Shown: positions 58,362-64,000 of the stretch, piece by piece
Position numbering within the stretch: position 1 is the first letter of the stretch
Layout: every line of letters begins with the position of its first letter
Source of the DNA: Bdellovibrionales bacterium CG10_big_fil_rev_8_21_14_0_10_45_34
GTDB taxonomy: Bacteria > Bdellovibrionota > Bdellovibrionia > Bdellovibrionales > 1-14-0-10-45-34
Direction of reading: 5' to 3'
DNA length: 64,000 bases
Assembly: GCA_002778785.1 (NCBI GenBank)
Contig: PEZS01000010.1
Span: 120,671 to 184,670, forward strand
The notes under the pieces: generated by a model
The model's database searches: none
What the model saw: only the letters and a program-made list of their open reading frames with translations
Told to the model about the DNA's origin: nothing
Made by a program: the position numbers and the translations under genes

Positions 58362-59791
58362 TGGGTAGCAATAAGAACAAGTATAACGAGTTAAAAGTAG
58401 TTTATGATGATTTGAGAAATCATCTCTCTCATTTGTTGCATGGTAGCGTTCACATCGAGTCTCTTAATATCCATTATGACCTACCACCAGAGGCCATATC
58501 GTATCACCACTGGGTGAATCGTTTACTGATTTTTGTTGGGGCTCTTGCGCTCGGAGGAGCCGCAGTGGGCTTCGCAGCTCTCTGCGAATTGGCTTATGAG
58601 CAGTTTTTGGTTCTTAGAGCTTTTGATCCCACCTGGATTTTTGTTCTGACACCTACAGGATTATTGCTTCTTCGTTATGTCTCTGAAAAATTCTTTCCTG
58701 AAGCGGCGGGTAGCGGAGTTCCGCAAGTTATTGCGAGCCTCAACAAAATGAAAAATGCTGGTCCGCAGTTGTTGGGCCTGCGGGCTGCGTTTGGAAAGGT
58801 AGTAGGCACCATGGGTGGATTGGCCTGTGGTGCGAGCATTGGCCGCGAAGGCCCTACTGTGCAGATTGGTGCGATCATTTTAAGATCAGTGTTCAAACGT
58901 CTAAAGACTCCGGCCGTTTACACAGAGCGATCATTGATTCTTGCGGGTGGCGCGGCGGGTGTATCTGCTGCGTTTAACACACCAATAGCAGGAATTGTCT
59001 TTGCTATTGAAGAGCTCGGTAAGGCTTTTTACGAAAAAGAAACTTCTGTTTTGCTGATGGCCATCGTTGTGTCTGGTCTATTGGCGCTATCGTTCTCTGG
59101 GCCATATCACTATTTTGGCGAAACAGCTGCCGTGATTTCTGCGAGCGGAAAGCTTTGGGCAATACCGGTGGGTCTTCTCTGTGGTGTCTCGGGAGGAGTT
59201 TTTAGTCGACTCTTAATTAAGGGCACTAAACTCATTAAGCAGACAAGTTTTAAAACGCAGATGCAACTGACTTTTTTGTTCGGAGTGGGGATCGCCGTTA
59301 TCGGTTTTTTGTCTCAAGGGCAAACATTTGGCTCCGGCTATATCGAAACACGAGATCTCTTTAAGGGTACGACTGCCGACGGCTATTTTCCTTTAGCAAA
59401 ATCTCTTGCGACTCTCCTGTCTTACTGGTGCGGTATTCCGGGGGGCTTGTTTTCGCCCTCATTAGCCATCGGCGCATCAATTGGTAGCGTTTTCTCAGCT
59501 TTTTTTCAGCCTGCATTTCAGCAAGCTTTTGTGTTATTCGGAATGGTAGGATTTCTCTCTGGCGTTATTCGTTCGCCAATCACTTCGGTCATTATTGTTG
59601 CCGAAATGACGAACAATCATAATCTCATTTTCTCGCTTTTGCTTTGCGCTGTCGCATCTTATGGTGGATCAATCTTGGTTATCAAAGACTCTCTTTATCA
59701 TAGCCTTGCTAAGCTTCAGTACGACGGCGAGATTAAATCTCCTGTTTCCGGTCCAGGCTCAGGCATAGGCCCAAGCCCAGGTTCGATCTAA
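58361..59791 (+). CDS. ClC-family voltage-gated chloride channel / H+-Cl- antiporter
   Basis: Selectivity-filter motifs GSGVPQV, GREGPTVQIG and GIPGGLFSPSL. TAATG junction with the upstream gene. Confidence 0.9.
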   Translation: MGSNKNKYNELKVVYDDLRNHLSHLLHGSVHIESLNIHYDLPPEAISYHHWVNRLLIFVGALALGGAAVGFAALCELAYEQFLVLRAFDPTWIFVLTPTGLLLLRYVSEKFFPEAAGSGVPQVIASLNKMKNAGPQLLGLRAAFGKVVGTMGGLACGASIGREGPTVQIGAIILRSVFKRLKTPAVYTERSLILAGGAAGVSAAFNTPIAGIVFAIEELGKAFYEKETSVLLMAIVVSGLLALSFSGPYHYFGETAAVISASGKLWAIPVGLLCGVSGGVFSRLLIKGTKLIKQTSFKTQMQLTFLFGVGIAVIGFLSQGQTFGSGYIETRDLFKGTTADGYFPLAKSLATLLSYWCGIPGGLFSPSLAIGASIGSVFSAFFQPAFQQAFVLFGMVGFLSGVIRSPITSVIIVAEMTNNHNLIFSLLLCAVASYGGSILVIKDSLYHSLAKLQYDGEIKSPVSGPGSGIGPSPGSI

Positions 59792-61212
59792 GGAAAAATC
59801 CGACAAGCGGCAGAGGCATTGGCTTTTGCAGACATCGCCATGCGAGTGGCGTGAGCACCGATACCTAACTGAGTAATTACCGGAGGCCTTTCTGGCTTTG
59901 TCGCGGCGGGATTTCGTTTGCCCCAACTTCCGCCGCCGACAGCAAGACTTACACCTTTACTGAGTGCAGTTGAGCTCAACGCGCCGTCGAAGGGCGTAGG
60001 CACAATGGCAAACAACGGGAGTGCGAATGGTATTCCGGCGGCCCACTCTTTACCAGTTCGAGCCATCCCCGCGACTGGTGGGTAATAAGTGGTTCCTCCT
60101 TCGGATTCAATTTTGATATTGGCTCGAGGTGCTCCCGCGGGAGTAGGCCCCTCACTTCTTAGATAAACCCCAATCCCGATGATCGAGCCAGCATTTGCCA
60201 TGAGGGTATGTGTGCCGATGAGTTTTTCTCTTAAAATCTGAATGCGACCTTTATACCTTAAACTAGAGTTATCCGATTCCGATTCCGATTCCGAATCTGA
60301 ACTGGCGGATGCGTTATGAGCGGTGGATTCATCGTTATCGCGTTGAAGACTGAGACCACCTTCAAATCCTAGGGTAAGGGCCCATCCAAAACCAAAGAAC
60401 GGTTTTTTCTTTTTTGCCTTTGGACTGTCTACAGCAGCAGTGCGAGTCAAATTTTCGAAGGGCGCAAGTAGAGGGCGTACACCTGGAATCTTTGAAAGTG
60501 ACGATAAAAGGAATTTAAGCCATTCAACTGGGGATTGTCGGAACCCAAGTCCAAAACCAAGTTGTAGCATGACGAAGGCACCAAACTCCGGCGATCCAAC
60601 TAGCTTTTCAGCTTGCTTCCAAAGTACCGTGTCGATCGATTCTATGCAGTTCTTTGCCCATTGTAGGTAGTCGTCTGCCACCAGCGACTTTGAGAGTAGT
60701 CTGCGAGCCCATCTTTCTTTTTGATACAGGTAAAAGAACTTCTCAGTGGCAAAGGAAGCGGCCAACGAACGCAAGAGACGCGACCGATTGCCGATAAATT
60801 CAATTCGTTCACTTGTATTGAAGTCTTCAAAAAGACGAGAGATATATTCTGATTCAGGCTTTTTCGTGGGGCTATCGGTGTAAGCAGTGTCAGGGGTCGC
60901 TACCTCGATCTCTTCTAAATGAGCTTGGTAGACATGATCCGGCGTTCGCAGTTTATGCGCAGAGAGGACTTCTTTCGTCAACCACTCAGAGAGTTCGCGG
61001 AGGACAAAAGCTTCCTTTTCTTCTTTCGCGACGTCTCGGACACCCGAGCCGCTCGGAATAGTTAAAAAGGTTGGGCCACCAAAAAAGTGCTTAACTTGAA
61101 CCTCACTGAGTGGACGTTCTGAAGTTTGTTCAAATGTAGAGGCTGAAATTGATACAAACGAGAGCAAAAGGCACCTACGCACAAGTCTAAGAGACTTACC
61201 CGCGGAAACCAT
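59788..61212 (-). CDS. hypothetical secreted protein
   Basis: 474-aa ORF with an N-terminal hydrophobic segment, an internal SDSESESESD tract and a Gly-rich C-terminal third. Its stop overlaps the ClC stop convergently (CTAA). Confidence 0.6.
   Translation of the reverse strand: MVSAGKSLRLVRRCLLLSFVSISASTFEQTSERPLSEVQVKHFFGGPTFLTIPSGSGVRDVAKEEKEAFVLRELSEWLTKEVLSAHKLRTPDHVYQAHLEEIEVATPDTAYTDSPTKKPESEYISRLFEDFNTSERIEFIGNRSRLLRSLAASFATEKFFYLYQKERWARRLLSKSLVADDYLQWAKNCIESIDTVLWKQAEKLVGSPEFGAFVMLQLGFGLGFRQSPVEWLKFLLSSLSKIPGVRPLLAPFENLTRTAAVDSPKAKKKKPFFGFGWALTLGFEGGLSLQRDNDESTAHNASASSDSESESESDNSSLRYKGRIQILREKLIGTHTLMANAGSIIGIGVYLRSEGPTPAGAPRANIKIESEGGTTYYPPVAGMARTGKEWAAGIPFALPLFAIVPTPFDGALSSTALSKGVSLAVGGGSWGKRNPAATKPERPPVITQLGIGAHATRMAMSAKANASAACRIFP
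60272..60301 (-). repeat. hexanucleotide microsatellite inside a CDS
   Basis: The plus strand reads TCCGAT x3, TCCGAA, TCTGAA. On the minus strand this encodes SDSESESESD. Confidence 0.85.
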
Positions 61213-61807
61213 GTTTTATCCTTCGCCCTCGAGACCTGGACAATGATTTGCCCTTTGGCTTCTAGGCTTGATCGCTTAGTTGAATCCACATTTCAGAAAC
61301 TGAGTTTTAAGCAGTTTCCAATTCTTTGAATTCTCTTAAGCTGCTTTACGACTGAGCAAAGCGAGAGCCAACTTGGCCACCTATCCAATTGCTTGCGGCA
61401 CTCATTTATCTTTGAATGAGCAACAATTGTCGCCCTTTTCGAGTAGAATTTTCAGGCTATGTCGACGATTTCGACAGTTAGATCCTCTTTCCTGTTGGCG
61501 ATAGCACCGCAAAGACATTCGAATGACAGGGCGCTATACACATACTCGAAGGCCCCTCTTTATTCGGCTGAGAGAGATAGGCAGCGAGACCAAATTTGAT
61601 GGCCTTTAGGGTACGTGAGTGTGGTTGAATGAGAAGACATCTCTTGCAAATCTATTCACTGTTTAGGCTGTTTGTTGTCATATCGTTGTTGGGTGATAGA
61701 CTAAATGGTATGAGTATGGACCTTTCAGATAGTTTTGGGACTGCTGAAAGGGAAAAAAATTAAACTTTCGAAGGATTGAAGAAGTCTAAAGTAGCGGACT
61801 CAGGAAT

Positions 61808-62965
61808 TTGACAACCTGTAGCTACCTTTGGGAAGCAGGTACCTATTTGAACTTTTCATTCGCTTTGCTACTTCTGTGCTTTGGTTTGATGAGCTTTGGC
61901 CTTCAAGACTCGGGTCTTGCTGAAACCCAAACGACTGATGTACAAAAATTCAAATTTGAACTTTTAACTGAACAAGAAGATGTTGTTTGGGGATTTGATT
62001 TTATTGATGAAAGCACGATTCTTTTTTCGCAAAGGGGAGGCGCTCTAAAAACTCTCAATCTTAAGACAAAAAAGGTTGTCACCGTAAAGGGTGCACCTTC
62101 GGTTTGGCACAAGGGCCAGGGCGGGCTCCTTGATGTTGTTGTCGATCCTTCAGTTAAAAATCAGATATTCCTTAGCTATTCTAAGCCGGTCGGTAAAGAC
62201 AAAGGCACAACAGCTATTGCTAAAGCTCAATTGAAAGACTCTACGCTGGTAGGGCTCGAGGAGATTTTTGTTGCTAAGGAGGCGACTGACGAGACAATTC
62301 ATTTTGGTTCTCGAATAGTTTTTTTAAACGGAAGTCTCCTAGTCACTATCGGCGAAAGAAATGTGAGAGAGCATGTTCAGGATCTCGGCTATCACACGGG
62401 AAAAGTTATAAGAATAAACAAAGATGGCTCGGCAGTTAAAGACAATCCGTTTTCTAATGTTAAAGGCGCAATGCCAGAGATTTGGTCATTCGGCCACCGA
62501 AACCCCCAAGGCCTTGCGGTTGATCCCAAGACCTCTCGTGTGTGGCTATCTGAGATGGGCCCACGTGGTGGCGACGAGATTAATCTCATTGTGCCGGGCA
62601 AGAACTACGGATGGCCAGATGTAACTTATGGTCGTGAGTATTGGGGCCCCAGTATCGGGGTTAAAGAAAAAAAGGGAACCGAACAACCCGTTGTGTTCTG
62701 GGTACCCTCGATTTCGCCATCAGGAATCACCGTGTACCGAGGCACTCATTTTTCAAAATGGGATGGCAACATTTTTGTTGCCTGTCTTTCAGGGCGTCAC
62801 GTGAGGCGGTTGCAGGTAGAAGAGAAGCCAGGCAAAGGTTTTCAGGTCATTCATCAAGAAGTATTGCTTGCTCAACTTAACGAGCGCTTTCGAATGGTTA
62901 GAACCGGGCCAGATGGATTTCTTTATCTCGCCACAGATTCCGGCAAAATTGCAAGAGTGCGTTGA
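61808..62965 (+). CDS. PQQ-dependent soluble sugar (aldose/sorbosone) dehydrogenase
   Basis: Signal peptide, then beta-propeller motifs GGLLDV, GHRNPQGLAVDP and NYGWPDVTYG. The exact TTG/ATG start is uncertain. Confidence 0.85.
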   Translation: MTTCSYLWEAGTYLNFSFALLLLCFGLMSFGLQDSGLAETQTTDVQKFKFELLTEQEDVVWGFDFIDESTILFSQRGGALKTLNLKTKKVVTVKGAPSVWHKGQGGLLDVVVDPSVKNQIFLSYSKPVGKDKGTTAIAKAQLKDSTLVGLEEIFVAKEATDETIHFGSRIVFLNGSLLVTIGERNVREHVQDLGYHTGKVIRINKDGSAVKDNPFSNVKGAMPEIWSFGHRNPQGLAVDPKTSRVWLSEMGPRGGDEINLIVPGKNYGWPDVTYGREYWGPSIGVKEKKGTEQPVVFWVPSISPSGITVYRGTHFSKWDGNIFVACLSGRHVRRLQVEEKPGKGFQVIHQEVLLAQLNERFRMVRTGPDGFLYLATDSGKIARVR

Positions 62966-63231
62966 AGGCTCAAGTCTTCCGCCTTGATATTTTCGGTACA
63001 AAACCCACATATGCAAAAGTGTTTGATCACACCCAAAAACCATTCTTATTCGAAATCTGAACTGAAACCAAGATCTGAGTCGAAGGCAAAATTGATCTTC
63101 TGACAAGATTCTGGAAAAAACTGTTCTGCGTTGGCAAACGGATCGTCATGTGAAACGGGATTGTACGCTGCTAAAACTTCAGCAGAGTTGCAATCGAGCT
63201 TAAAAAAAGTTTTGATACAAAGAGAGTAGTC

Positions 63232-63576
63232 CTAGGTCGAGTAAGTGGGTGCGTTCGCTTTTTCGAAGTTTATTGCATCCGCTAGGGATTCAAATCTTTG
63301 CTCTTCCAATCCTATTTCTACGTCGATATCCCTCTGATTTTTGAGACCCGACACGCAATCGCTTTTCGAAAGATCGGAGTAGCAAGAAGTGATTTTGTCG
63401 CAGCTCCAGTTAACTAGCACCGAAATTGGCCATGGTGGGGTGCTGTGATCTGCGACCGGTGGTCTAAAGGGATTTCCTGTAGCGGTCCCGTCGGGTTTGC
63501 AACTTACCAATACAACTAGCAGCAAAAAAAACAGACAACGGATAAACGGTGTAGGTCTTAGAAGAGTATAAATCAT
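63232..63576 (-). CDS. hypothetical lipoprotein (Cys-rich), possibly truncated by in-frame TAG
   Basis: Lipobox VVLVSCKP. It ends at TAG 63232..63234, and the same frame stays open and coding-like for 61 more codons, to TAA 63046..63048. Confidence 0.6.
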   Translation of the reverse strand: MIYTLLRPTPFIRCLFFLLLVVLVSCKPDGTATGNPFRPPVADHSTPPWPISVLVNWSCDKITSCYSDLSKSDCVSGLKNQRDIDVEIGLEEQRFESLADAINFEKANAPTYST

Positions 63577-64000
63577 TTTGACTCCGATTTCGGCGGTGTC
63601 GAAATAACCGCATTCTCATTTTTGACTTGTTCTACTCGAGTTAAAGGAAAGAGCTGGAAGTTTAACTGGTAGACGCATTCAGCAAGATTTTGACCTTCGG
63701 CAAATGCGAGCAACTCAAGTTTGAACTTCTGAATCATGGCCTTCATTTGCTGGGCGGATTTCAGCGACAGAGGTACACACACTGAGGAAATCTCTCGAAG
63801 ATCCCGCTCTACCTTATCAATAGATTCAGAAGCCAGCTCCATCATTTTTTTGTGATAAAGCTTTATCAAGTCAGAGCTTACTTCGTTCTCTGTGCTCATC
63901 GAGTTGTGACAAGCACGTAATATCCCAGCGGAGTCTTCTTCGATAAGTTTAAGCTCTTTGAGGTCACGGATAGCCTCTTCTACTTCGCCTTTCTTCAGCT
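63573..64000 (-). CDS. hypothetical protein, possibly TIGR02147/DUF4423-like (5' end runs off the window)
   Basis: The track gives 63573..63899, but the minus frame stays open upstream of Met 63899 to the window end (..LKKGEVEEAIRDLKELKLIEEDSAGILRACHNS-M..). The family call is from memory of the C-terminal region and is tentative. Confidence 0.55.
   Translation of the reverse strand, partial: LKKGEVEEAIRDLKELKLIEEDSAGILRACHNSMSTENEVSSDLIKLYHKKMMELASESIDKVERDLREISSVCVPLSLKSAQQMKAMIQKFKLELLAFAEGQNLAECVYQLNFQLFPLTRVEQVKNENAVISTPPKSESK

Noticed and set aside
59775-59795. tRNA T-arm-like GGTTCGATC string, and a similar GGGGATTCGAC at 49334..49344.
   Set aside because: No acceptor, D or anticodon arms can be built around either. 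The first lies within the ClC coding sequence. I found no tRNA genes in the window.
61540-61620. TPP-riboswitch-like GCTGAGAG element in the long gap upstream of the PQQ dehydrogenase.
   Set aside because: Only the CUGAGA hexamer matches. The ACCUGAUCUGGAUAAUGCCAGCG-type pyrimidine-sensor helix is absent, and the downstream gene has no link to thiamine.
1-64000. Global reassignment of TAG to a sense codon.
   Set aside because: No conserved gene in the window (fusA, topA, tex, rph, lpxD and others) contains an internal TAG. The THUMP methyltransferase ends with TAG AAG TAG, and reading through would run about 80 codons into the antisense of the next gene. Site-specific leakiness or plain nonsense mutations fit better.

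Overview
This is a gene-dense (about 90% coding) bacterial chromosomal window with roughly 57 protein-coding genes on both strands. I recognised no rRNA, tRNA, CRISPR array, transposase, integrase or prophage genes. Most genes are housekeeping: fusA, topA, tex, infA, lpxD, rph, rdgB, hpf, recQ, aat, cutA, ETF-ubiquinone oxidoreductase, an S41 tail-specific protease, 2-oxoacid dehydrogenase E1 alpha/beta, dTDP-rhamnose genes rfbA/B/C, a homocysteine-methyltransferase/MTHFR fusion, a ClC channel, TerC and two EamA transporters. Many lineage-specific lipoproteins and secreted proteins sit between them. An SPT-like gene, a TIGR02147/DUF4423-like partial gene, the many lipoproteins and frequent GTG/TTG starts suggest a Bdellovibrionota-like organism, but this is inference only. 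Four things merit a second look. (1) A lipoprotein / IPT-TIG / seven-blade RCC1 gene is split by a single in-frame TAG. A second lipoprotein also has a coding-like in-frame continuation after TAG, and TAG is used unusually often as a stop across the window. (2) A tightly packed SNF2 helicase - MoxR - DUF58 - transglutaminase block. (3) A GNAT plus SPT-like pair that may be a ceramide-synthesis module. (4) A compact infA-lpxD-usp-EEP-haem lipoprotein operon. I found no known defence or mobile system. All functional calls rest on motifs read by eye, with no database searches.
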